64,000 bases of DNA, from the NCBI GenBank assembly GCA_037388025.1, contig JARRKO010000034.1, positions 32,336 through 96,335 of the forward strand, written 5' to 3'. This stretch comes from Syntrophobacterales bacterium. Lineage in GTDB: Bacteria > Desulfobacterota > Desulfobaccia > Desulfobaccales > 0-14-0-80-60-11. The notes under the pieces are model-generated. The model was not told the DNA's origin and searched no databases. It was given only the letters and a program-made list of their open reading frames with translations. How positions within the stretch are numbered: the first letter of the stretch is position 1; each line of letters starts with the position of its first letter. The translations under genes were made by a program, and so were the position numbers. Below are positions 29,055 through 37,990 of this stretch, one piece after another.

Positions 29055-29606
29055 AGTTTTCATACCCCCGCTAAAAGACCTTGACCTTGACCAGGGATAG
29101 CCAACAGATTCTAACAAATATGATGAGTAATTCAACACACTAACCATCAGGTGGTAAGGTGTGGATAGAGAGCAGATAGCAAACGTTTAAGAGATCAAGA
29201 ATTATCATTTTCTTGGGCCGAGAATTCTGCCTTTTTTCTCTTTTTCTCACTTTTTTGTAGAAATCAACATGATTTCCAAAGCTCATGTCCCCAAATTCCC
29301 CATCTTGTAAACAAGACTAGACGGACTGGAGGACCCTTCTCCCTTAGCAAAAGCCTTAAGAATTACTTTGATAAATAATTCACATTAGTTAAAAATTGCT
29401 TGACAACGTCAGGCAAATCATGGCATCAAATAAGAAAAATTCTTATGCTTATCCCCTGTGCGTGTAACTATAGAAGCTAAACCTCCTTCCTATTAGTGCC
29501 ATTAAGTTAACCAAGCCAAAGACTTGGGAATTGTCGTTATTTCTATCGATTTTCTAATTGCTGAGATTTCCTTCCGGATACTGTCAGTTTTATGCTTTCG
29601 TGAATA

Positions 29607-30668
29607 ATGAACGGAGAAACTGATATGGAAGAGGACTCAGTCATCAGGGCGGCCGCAGAAGCAATTGGCGCTGGAAAACCCAACGATTACATTATTTCTC
29701 CAACGAAGCATGCTCAAGAATTTCAAGGCAGAGCACCTGCCTTAGCCGCTATTCTGAATTCAGCCGCAGTAAAGACCGATGCTCTTCGTTACGAAGAAGA
29801 AGATCATAGCGCACTAAACGCACAAAATAAATTTAAAACAATTTTTACCCGTGCAAATATTGCTGTCTTCATAACCGGAGCGTTTATAGCGCTTGTTTTA
29901 GTGATCGGGACACTTGGAAAATTTCTGACAGAAGAGAATCTCAAGATTTTCCTTGCAATTCTTAGTTGTGGAGGCTTCATTGCTGGTGGACTTGCATCGA
30001 GGGATTTGTATTTGATTCGGCAGGGTAGCTTACTAGAAGAGTGGATGTCCAAGCGGGCCTTTGCCGAAACTACAAGACTCGACTATTTTAATAGTTTCGT
30101 AAATTTATCACCGCCAACTTCAGAACTAAGTTCCATTCCATTTGAACTATTAAAACTAGAATATTTTCGGCGCTTCCAACTAGATGTCCAACGTGCTTAT
30201 TATAGAAAAAGAGGGCAACAACACAAGGAAGAGGCATTCAGAACTCAGTCTATAAGCGGATGGGCCATAGGGGGCGCAGCCATCGCCACTGGTGCTGCCG
30301 GAGTGCTTAGTGGTGCCATTAATCCGATGTTTGCAGCCGTCGCAGGCATAGGAACCATTTTCACCAATCTCAGTTCCTTCACTTCCATGAAGGAAGCGGT
30401 AAATCAGGATCGCCGCAATGCAGAGCGTTATGAAAGGACTTTACGAGTGCTGGAGGATCTCTACAAAAAGCTTGATGATGTCAGAAAAGCAGTGTATTCA
30501 GCCGGTATCCAGCCCCTCCTAGATTTTGTTGAGGCAGTGCATGAACAGCTTTCTTTGGAACATAGACAATGGCTTAGTGAAATGGTTGAGGGCAAAGGTG
30601 CCTTCGCCAAGCTCGAAAATACCTTGAAAACTACCTTGAAAGAAGTTCAAAACCAAAAAGACAACTAA
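29607..30668 (+). CDS. SLATT-like 4-TM membrane protein (two 2-TM units), first gene of the island
   Basis: The TM pair IAVFITGAFIALVLVIG / IFLAILSCGGFIAGGLA is followed by WMSKRAFAETTRLDYF. A second TM pair, WAIGGAAIATGAAGVLSG / FAAVAGIGTIFTNL, is followed by RRNAERYERTLRVLEDL. A coiled-coil tail follows. An alternative ATG at 29625 has a GGAG Shine-Dalgarno. Confidence 0.75.
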   Translation: MNGETDMEEDSVIRAAAEAIGAGKPNDYIISPTKHAQEFQGRAPALAAILNSAAVKTDALRYEEEDHSALNAQNKFKTIFTRANIAVFITGAFIALVLVIGTLGKFLTEENLKIFLAILSCGGFIAGGLASRDLYLIRQGSLLEEWMSKRAFAETTRLDYFNSFVNLSPPTSELSSIPFELLKLEYFRRFQLDVQRAYYRKRGQQHKEEAFRTQSISGWAIGGAAIATGAAGVLSGAINPMFAAVAGIGTIFTNLSSFTSMKEAVNQDRRNAERYERTLRVLEDLYKKLDDVRKAVYSAGIQPLLDFVEAVHEQLSLEHRQWLSEMVEGKGAFAKLENTLKTTLKEVQNQKDN

Positions 30669-30852
30669 AAATCACCCCACTTATTTTGAGATGCAATGGG
30701 TCCTATCCAAAAGAAAACATATCTAATGCAATCACTAAATGAAGCTTTTTAAAATAAATGTTCCCAACCGATATCAAATCTATTATGAAATTGATTGAAA
30801 ATTTGGGCTATTATTAATCACTAAAAGATTCAATGTCATGGAGGAAATTTCC

Positions 30853-32352
30853 ATGCCAATGAGCCGCTTAGACAGACCCTTAAAAGTTTTTGTGTCCTCG
30901 ACCTCGGAGGACCTTACAGATTATCGTGCCGTTGCGCGACTTGCCATTTGCGATATGAAATGGGCTCCAGACATGATGGAACACTGGACCACCAGACCAG
31001 AATCGACGCGCGAGGCTTGTTTCGATGAGCTTAGTAAATGTGACCTGATGATCCTGATGGTTGCTTTTCGGCGCGGTTGGGTGCCCACAAAAGATCAGGG
31101 GGGCGATGGGCAGAGTTCCATCACCGCTCTGGAATATAAATACGCTCAGGAAAACAACAAGCCAGTGCTGGTGTTTCTGGCAAAAGATAACTGGCCTGGA
31201 AATCTGTGGGAAAGAGACCCATCCGCCATGGAGTGGATTGAGAATTTTCGTAATGAATTGAACCAAATTGCCAAATTTTTTGAATACGAGAAACCCGCAG
31301 GGGATGAAAAGGAAAGTTTTCCAGTTTTCCGTGCCGAAATACGCAGGGCCCTTTCTGATTATCTCCTCCGCCTTATCCAAGATTCCGGTGAGCTCGAGGA
31401 GCCTGAACCTACCTTACAGCCTGAAGATTTTGATCAATTTGAGGGGGCATGCCAGGCGCTTCAGATGGGGGGATGCATCCCCTTTTTGGGACCTGGAATT
31501 TACGGTGAGGAAGGACCTCTTTCTTCGTGCTCTATAATAGAAGCCCTGGCTGATAAGAAATGTCTTGAAAGGACCCTGGCCACCGCTGCTGAGTACCGAG
31601 AACGCCGTCTTAAGTTCCGGGATTCGTTCTTAATTCGGTTGGAAAAGATTATCAATGAACAGGGCATGCAAACCAAGGAGCCAGTAGTTTTTGAACTTTT
31701 GTTAAAATCTAAACCAGCGCTTATCGTTAGCGCCACCGAAGATCTTTTGTTGGAACAAAGGTTGGAGAAAGCAAATCATCCTCTTTTGATCTTTTGCCAT
31801 GTTATTCGGTCATTAAACGGTAAGCATGACGGAAAAATTATTATGTTTCGTGGTCCTAATGATCCCAACCCTAAATTTCATGATGCAGATAGTATTGCTC
31901 TGAGTTCCACTAAAGACACTTTTATCATTTACAAGCCTTTGGGATCGCCGTTGTTGAACCGTTTAATTAATGACGATCTGAAGGATGATGCGATCGATAC
32001 GGTAGTTATGACTGAAACCGATCACCTGATTCTATTAAGTCGACTGGAAAATCAAAGCACTAGAGTTCCCAATGCTTTTAGCCGTTATTTCCAGAGGTTA
32101 CCCCTGATCTTCCTTGGCTATCCCATGGATGTCTGGCATTACCGTCTTGTTGGTCAAGTTTTCAGGAACAGCGGTGAAACCAGTATGAAACCCATGAGGC
32201 TAGCTGTGCGGCGAACATTTTCTCTCATGGAAAAATTATCTTGGCGAAATCTCGAAGTGGAACTGCTACCCATGGATCCCGATGAGTTAGCCAGAAAAAT
32301 TCTCGATGAACTCAATGAACTTGCGGGGAAAAAAGTGCAGGAGACACCATGA
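30853..32352 (+). CDS. DUF4062 (TIR-like) N-terminal domain fused to a SIR2_2-like C-terminal domain
   Basis: The N-terminus KVFVSSTSEDLTDYRAVARLAI...CDLMILMVAFRRG...SITALEYKYAQENNKPVLVFL follows the DUF4062 pattern. The C-terminus CIPFLGPGIYGEEGPL...LIVSATEDLLLEQ...LPLIFLGYPMDVWHY follows the SIR2_2-like pattern. The ORF opens at 30838, and the ATG at 30853 has GGAGG 8 nt upstream. The stop overlaps the next start (ATGA). Confidence 0.75.
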   Translation: MPMSRLDRPLKVFVSSTSEDLTDYRAVARLAICDMKWAPDMMEHWTTRPESTREACFDELSKCDLMILMVAFRRGWVPTKDQGGDGQSSITALEYKYAQENNKPVLVFLAKDNWPGNLWERDPSAMEWIENFRNELNQIAKFFEYEKPAGDEKESFPVFRAEIRRALSDYLLRLIQDSGELEEPEPTLQPEDFDQFEGACQALQMGGCIPFLGPGIYGEEGPLSSCSIIEALADKKCLERTLATAAEYRERRLKFRDSFLIRLEKIINEQGMQTKEPVVFELLLKSKPALIVSATEDLLLEQRLEKANHPLLIFCHVIRSLNGKHDGKIIMFRGPNDPNPKFHDADSIALSSTKDTFIIYKPLGSPLLNRLINDDLKDDAIDTVVMTETDHLILLSRLENQSTRVPNAFSRYFQRLPLIFLGYPMDVWHYRLVGQVFRNSGETSMKPMRLAVRRTFSLMEKLSWRNLEVELLPMDPDELARKILDELNELAGKKVQETP

Positions 32353-35300
32353 ACACCCAAGATAACCTTAATTCTGCGGTACCCCTGCCGGATACTCCTT
32401 TTGTGGGCGCAAGGCCCTTTGAGCAAAAAGAGCAAGCCATTTTCTTTGGCCGGGATCGGGATGCTGTTCTCCTTCGGGACAAAATATTCTCTTCCAAGCT
32501 CACTGTTTTCTATGGTCTATCGGGTGTCGGCAAATCATCAATCCTGCGAACCCTCCTGGTTCCTTACTTGGAAGATCAGGAAGCCTTTGTCATCACTTTC
32601 GATGGCTGGAGCAGCAACGACCCCGTCATGGCCATCAAGACCGAGCTAATCAAAGAGGCTATCAGGCTAAGGATTCCGGATCCAGGCGCAGGCGCTCCGA
32701 CACTTGCTGACCTTATTCGTCTCCTGATCAGCGTTGATGGGCGGACCGTGGTGCTCATCCTGGACCAGTTCGAGGAGTTCTTTACCCATGGCCACCGCCC
32801 AGCTCTCTTGCGCCGGGAACTTGGGTCTTTGGTGCGCAGCCCCAACCTTGATGTCAGGATTCTCCTGTCCTTACGGGAGGAGCACCTCGCCTCCCTCGAG
32901 CCTTTCAGGTCTGAGATCGTAAACCTGTTTCAATCTACTTATCGACTCGAGCTCATGAACTCCGAAGGTGGTCGGGAAGCTATTGAGGGACCTCTAAAGG
33001 TGTTCAAGGTGGAATATGAACCAAAACTAGTAGATACTTTAATTAACGATCTGCGGCTGGAACAGCATTCGACCAAGACCGATCGTCCGACTGCCACCGA
33101 CGACGCACCTATAGACCTGCCGATGCTGCAACTGGTCTGTGACGAGCTGTGGAAGGAAGCAACGAAGGAAAAAGCGAAAAAGCCGGGGTCAATAAAATTT
33201 ACCCTGGATTTATATAAAAGTCTGGGAGAACGACAAGGCATCCTGGAGATCTATCTCCAGCGTGTCATGCCGCACCACTGGCGCCAGAAGTATCTTACTG
33301 CCCGGCTCATGGAGCATCTCGCCCCGCCGGAAGGGTACAAAGTTGCCCTTTCTGCAGACTACTTGGCTCACCGTATCAAGACCCCCCGGTCCAAGGTAAA
33401 TTATGAACTCGAACGTCTCAGCGATGACGAAGTGCGTGTTCTACAAAGCCGAACATATGAAGGCGACGTTGTCCGCTACGAGCTCAGACATGACAGGTAT
33501 ATTCCCATCATCGCGAACTGGCGCGACCAGGTCTTAAGGAACATTAGACGCTGGCGCAATGCGATCAGTACAGCTGTCATCCTGATCTTAATGGTTTTCG
33601 GCGTCTTATTGGTGGACGGATATATTCTTCACAGGAACACAGTGGGGGTCATGACCAGGGAAGACCTATCCTCTCAAGGTGGGGACAGAGAAGAGCTTAT
33701 GGCGAGAAAGTTTGATCAAGTCGCCAATTATCTCATCTGGACCAGAACTTGGTATAATCCCTATCATTTAGTGTGGGAAAATCGCTTCGATTACTTGAAG
33801 AAAATCCTTATTAAATACGGACCTAAGTTGCCTAAGAATTATGGCATCGAGCGTTCAGGGGTGGAGTTCATTACCTTGCCCTCTGAACAGGAGGATTGGC
33901 CTCTGACGGTGAGCTACTCGAGCTCCCGGGGGTTAAATCCCTTTATCTTTACCCAAATGTGGCAATCCATTGCTACAACCCTGTTAAATAAAAAATGGGG
34001 TATCCCGGTCCCCTTGAAGCTTCGACTGATTAAAGAGGATATTCCCAAGGAGCAGATCAAATTAACCAGGCCCCATATCAAAGAACCGAAATATTTTAAT
34101 AACATTCCGGCTTACGAGGATAAAGCATTCATTAGATGCAACCCCAAAAATCTTCTGGGTACGGCTCAAATTTTTTTCGAGAGATTCAGAGGCGAGTGGA
34201 TAAAAATCGATCCAAAAGAGACTAAAGAGGAGAAGAATGAGGAAGAATCCGGAGAATCAATCTGGGTAATCCCCCGCTGGTCCCTGCCGGCCTGGAAAGC
34301 TTCAGGCGAAACCATTTATGACGGCAGCGCTCTGCCGGCCTATATTCTGGTATACAGGCTGGTTTCCCATCTTGAATTATTGCTGACTCCCGACGCCATG
34401 GAGATTCTCCTAGAAAAAGTCGCCAAAATGTATCCTGAGACAGTGGCTGAGGCCCGTGCTGTCCGTGGGGACCAACTCTTGGAGGATATCCAGGAAATTA
34501 ATTACCGAATGATTTTAGAGGACAGGGACTTGCTCAACCAGTTACCTACTATCCTGGACGCCCTGGCAAACTACCCGGAAAAATCATCGAAGGAAATTGC
34601 TAATGAGGTCTCTTCAGACATTGATTCTTTCCGGGTTTCTTTGCAGTCAGGACTCAGAGGCCCCCACAAGACCAAACCTCGGCCTCCTGAAGTTAAATTT
34701 CCTGAAGCCTATCGAGAGGCCGGCAACTGGCTCCCGAATTTTAAATCCAAAGTTCGAGTCTATCATGGAGTAGACCTGCTCCCTAAGTGGTTCACGAATC
34801 AAGGAGATTTTAAGCCTGAAGTCCTTACGCAACTTAAAAAAATCCAGGACAGAGTCTTTAAACAGTTCGGAGTTCCTATGCCAGCCGGGAAACTTATAAT
34901 GCTTCCTAACCTCACCGGCAACACCCTGCGCGTGGAGCTCATGAATCAGACAACCCAACATTCCCATGCTGACGTATTCCAGGTTGACCAGGAGGATGCC
35001 CTGAAGCAGCTCGCCGCGGCTTTGACCTTCCGGCTGGATTCCTACCGGATTCATTTCTTGAACGCTGAGCAGGTCCGCAAGATTCTGGATGACCTCAATC
35101 CGGCTGTGAGGTCGTGGTTACAAACCCGTTATTCTCTCACCGATCTGAAACTGCTTCTGCGAACGGTAATAAACCCCTCTGCAGAAGAGCTCAAGTATCG
35201 GAAGAAAATGTTCGCTAAGGGAGTCCTGGATCAGACTCGTGGGATTCCAGACGGCAGCACCATCCGTCAGCCGGGCTGGCTCCTGGCCTCCCTCGTCTTC

Positions 35301-37481
35301 TGGTCTCAGGTTGACGATTACCTTTATCTCCGGGATATGGCCGCAGACCTGCGCAAGACCCAACACGCCAGGCTCAATGCCAAGACAGTGTCCCCCACAG
35401 GGGAGGTCGCCAAACTTATAATCAAGGGCGTCAGGTGTCTGGATCAGGGGCACATTGATGAGGCGGAGAAGGCCTTCTCCGAAGCCATACAATCTGACCG
35501 GAAATCTGCAGTCTCCAGTTTCCTGGCCTTTTATCCCCAGGAGCTTCAGCAGCAACTCATCCAAGCCCATAAAGAATTGTTTGCCGGCCTTCTGGCCCCC
35601 TCCCAAGAGCTAAAGCAATTGAGAAAATTATTATTTCGTGACCTCAAGTTGGCAGAGTTGAAGGCCAATTTAAACGACTCCTTGATCGACCTGGTTTTCG
35701 ACAAGAACGAGGATATGCGAGCTCGCCGCCGCATTATGATGTTATTTCTTGACGTTTCTGAGTTTACCCGAGACCAATGGCTCAAACTGGTTGACTATTC
35801 TCTGGCTAAATTCGGTTCGCCGCTCAAGTGGCCCGCCAACGAAACCGCGTTTTTTGGTACACTGCTCTTAATGAGACAGGACCAGCTTCTCGATCTGCCG
35901 GGTTCCACCGGGCCCAAATTTACTAAATATGGTTTGGTTTTATTGAAGATTGCCCAGCGACGACTTGACAATCAAGATACCTTTCAGCAGACAAGCAAGG
36001 TTCTAAAGATTTTTAAAAGACCAGGAAACCTGGAGTTAAGCCGCCCAGAAAGAATCGAGCTGGAGGATTTGGTGGACCAAAAGGGCCTTGATGATAAAAC
36101 AGCCCGGTGCCTCCGCCTGTGTTTGTTAGCCGCCTATCCGGAGAGCTATCGCCAGGATAAACGCACCCTTACCGATAAGATCGTCAAGCTGCATGGCACC
36201 CCGGACCGGTGGCCGGCGGAGGAGGCCGCCTGGTTCGGCCTCAGGCTCTTGTCAGAGTTCGACCCCCTGACTGATGACCAGAAAATCCCGGAAAAAGGCA
36301 TGGATTTTCTGACCCGAGCCATGCCCCAACTCCGCGGGGCAGAAGCTAAAAATCTGTCGACTAAAATTTTGACAATTTGTGGAACGCGCGGTCCCAACCA
36401 GTGGTGTTGGAACCTCGTGCCTGGTCTGGCGAAAAGCCGCAAGGACCCATTTTTATACTTTAATATTGGCTTGTTCCTGGCCGAGCGCGAGGTTCCGGCC
36501 GATCTGGAGTATGCCTGCACCCTGGCAGAGCGGGCCAAAAAAGGATTTAGCAATTTAAACCTTCCTCCGAAAAAAAGAGATGCTTTAATAGATTACGCTG
36601 ATTTCCTGTGGGCCAGAGCTACCTTGGGACTGGCCATCTTAGGTGCTGAGTTGGACCGCGAAAAGGTGGAAAAGGTGGAATACATCTTTGCCCGCCTCTT
36701 GAAATCAGAGAATCTGGGGAGCTCAGCACATGAGCAAATGGCCAGGCTGAGATTGTGGGAAAAACGCCCCCAGGAAGCCGCTGAAATCATCGACCTGGCG
36801 ATCCAGAAATGGCCCAACGAGCAAGAACCTTACGGTTTGAAACTGAAAATGCTGCTTGAGGCTGGTGATGACGAGGGCGCGGCCAAAGTTGCCCACAAGG
36901 CAGGGACCTTGGTCGAGAGGGTCGACGGAAAAATTACCTACGAATCTAGCGGCTTTGCCTTCGTCTGGGCCCTGGGGCTGCTTATGACCCATACCGACCC
37001 CTGGGAACGGTCCGCCCGTGATTTTCTGCAAACCGATCATCCTTACGTGCCTTATATAGCCATGCTGCTGTATGCGCATTTGACCGGCAAGGATAAGGAA
37101 GAGGCCCTGAAGGTGATCCAACAGCACTGGGCCCGGGTCCGGCCGGAGACCTGGGAGGAGCGACTGCGACAAAGAGATCAAACCGTCTGGCGGGAGATGC
37201 TTATCGGTTACTACCTCAATAAGGTCCCAGCTGAGAGGATTCTCGGTCCTCTGGAGGACGACAGAAAGTTTGACAAATCAGAGCTCAGCAAGGTTCCCAT
37301 GCCTCGAAAGGGTATGCTCTGTGAAGCTTACTTTTATGATGCTTTGCTTGCCAAAGCCCAGGGGAAGAGAAGTCGAATGAAAGCCAGTTTACAAAAAGCT
37401 GCGGACTCAAATTACCAGAGTTACTTCGAGTATGGCATGGCCAAGTATCTGCTGGCTCAACTGAATCAGAAGCAACCCTAA
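32349..37481 (+). CDS. 1710-aa STAND-type P-loop NTPase with one TM helix, two FlhA/FHIPEP-C-like modules and a C-terminal TPR-like region
   Basis: AGGAG Shine-Dalgarno. The lead-in is PFVGARPFEQKEQAIFFGRDRD. Walker A GLSGVGKSS lies at 32514-32540 and Walker B is VVLILDQFEEFF. The TM helix AISTAVILILMVFGVLLVDGYIL (about 33561-33630) follows RNIRRWRN. The C-terminus is TPR-like (RLRLWEKRPQEAAEIIDLAIQKWPNEQEPYGLKLKMLLEAGDDEGA). Confidence 0.85.
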   Translation: MNTQDNLNSAVPLPDTPFVGARPFEQKEQAIFFGRDRDAVLLRDKIFSSKLTVFYGLSGVGKSSILRTLLVPYLEDQEAFVITFDGWSSNDPVMAIKTELIKEAIRLRIPDPGAGAPTLADLIRLLISVDGRTVVLILDQFEEFFTHGHRPALLRRELGSLVRSPNLDVRILLSLREEHLASLEPFRSEIVNLFQSTYRLELMNSEGGREAIEGPLKVFKVEYEPKLVDTLINDLRLEQHSTKTDRPTATDDAPIDLPMLQLVCDELWKEATKEKAKKPGSIKFTLDLYKSLGERQGILEIYLQRVMPHHWRQKYLTARLMEHLAPPEGYKVALSADYLAHRIKTPRSKVNYELERLSDDEVRVLQSRTYEGDVVRYELRHDRYIPIIANWRDQVLRNIRRWRNAISTAVILILMVFGVLLVDGYILHRNTVGVMTREDLSSQGGDREELMARKFDQVANYLIWTRTWYNPYHLVWENRFDYLKKILIKYGPKLPKNYGIERSGVEFITLPSEQEDWPLTVSYSSSRGLNPFIFTQMWQSIATTLLNKKWGIPVPLKLRLIKEDIPKEQIKLTRPHIKEPKYFNNIPAYEDKAFIRCNPKNLLGTAQIFFERFRGEWIKIDPKETKEEKNEEESGESIWVIPRWSLPAWKASGETIYDGSALPAYILVYRLVSHLELLLTPDAMEILLEKVAKMYPETVAEARAVRGDQLLEDIQEINYRMILEDRDLLNQLPTILDALANYPEKSSKEIANEVSSDIDSFRVSLQSGLRGPHKTKPRPPEVKFPEAYREAGNWLPNFKSKVRVYHGVDLLPKWFTNQGDFKPEVLTQLKKIQDRVFKQFGVPMPAGKLIMLPNLTGNTLRVELMNQTTQHSHADVFQVDQEDALKQLAAALTFRLDSYRIHFLNAEQVRKILDDLNPAVRSWLQTRYSLTDLKLLLRTVINPSAEELKYRKKMFAKGVLDQTRGIPDGSTIRQPGWLLASLVFWSQVDDYLYLRDMAADLRKTQHARLNAKTVSPTGEVAKLIIKGVRCLDQGHIDEAEKAFSEAIQSDRKSAVSSFLAFYPQELQQQLIQAHKELFAGLLAPSQELKQLRKLLFRDLKLAELKANLNDSLIDLVFDKNEDMRARRRIMMLFLDVSEFTRDQWLKLVDYSLAKFGSPLKWPANETAFFGTLLLMRQDQLLDLPGSTGPKFTKYGLVLLKIAQRRLDNQDTFQQTSKVLKIFKRPGNLELSRPERIELEDLVDQKGLDDKTARCLRLCLLAAYPESYRQDKRTLTDKIVKLHGTPDRWPAEEAAWFGLRLLSEFDPLTDDQKIPEKGMDFLTRAMPQLRGAEAKNLSTKILTICGTRGPNQWCWNLVPGLAKSRKDPFLYFNIGLFLAEREVPADLEYACTLAERAKKGFSNLNLPPKKRDALIDYADFLWARATLGLAILGAELDREKVEKVEYIFARLLKSENLGSSAHEQMARLRLWEKRPQEAAEIIDLAIQKWPNEQEPYGLKLKMLLEAGDDEGAAKVAHKAGTLVERVDGKITYESSGFAFVWALGLLMTHTDPWERSARDFLQTDHPYVPYIAMLLYAHLTGKDKEEALKVIQQHWARVRPETWEERLRQRDQTVWREMLIGYYLNKVPAERILGPLEDDRKFDKSELSKVPMPRKGMLCEAYFYDALLAKAQGKRSRMKASLQKAADSNYQSYFEYGMAKYLLAQLNQKQP

Positions 37482-37704
37482 AATGGCTTGATCTTTTATT
37501 TCTAATTCCTTATTATACCGCATTATTTGGGTTAACAACCGAATGAATGTTGCACATCGACCAACTTCCAAAACCTTTCAGAATAATTCAAAATCATTTG
37601 GTCCCTTACATGGTTGTTGCTCTCCACTCGGAGACGTATATTCTTGGACCTCAGTGAATTTCGCCACTGAAAAACCGGCAGGCCAAAATGGAATTCGGAG
37701 AAGA

Positions 37705-37908
37705 TATCTTGCCAAACCCGACAGTTATCATCGGACCTCGAAAAATTGCAGTTATGGTTTGATTATCAAAACAGGGGGGTGGTGCCCCAAATATTGGCTA
37801 TCCGGACCTTTTCAGGCTGGTGCCCTTAATGATAAGCTCCATGTGTTGATATTTTCTGTTTATGGGAAGTTTTTGGCTGCGTGATAAGTTTCTAAGAAGA
37901 GCAGTTAT
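37705..37908 (+). repeat. Repeat family R, copy R2 (204 bp)
   Basis: Starts TATCTTGCCAAACCCGACAGTTATCATCGGAC and ends GGGAAGTTTTTGGCTGCGTGATAAGTTTCTAAGAAGAGCAGTTAT. The central part diverges from the other copies. Confidence 0.8.
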
Positions 37909-37990
37909 CGCGTACCCGGAATTTCTTCCGTGGCAAACAAAAGAGGCAGGGCCAGTTGACCCTGCCTCTTTTGTTTTTCAGGTCAAAAGC

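Larger units (their letters stand above)
28960..37908 (+). other. Candidate genomic island (AT-rich, three-gene operon) bounded by repeat T2 plus an R fragment on the left and R2 on the right
   Basis: There is a visible compositional drop relative to both flanks. Repeat T2 lies at 28960-29054, a 13-nt R 3'-end fragment GAGAGCAGATAGC at 29168-29180, and a full R copy at 37705-37908. No integrase or transposase is present. Confidence 0.5.

Noticed and set aside
29400-29428. A possible promoter for the island operon (TTGACA at 29400-29405).
   Set aside because: No acceptable -10 hexamer lies at 16-18 nt spacing (GCATCA or CATCAA), so I do not report it as a feature.
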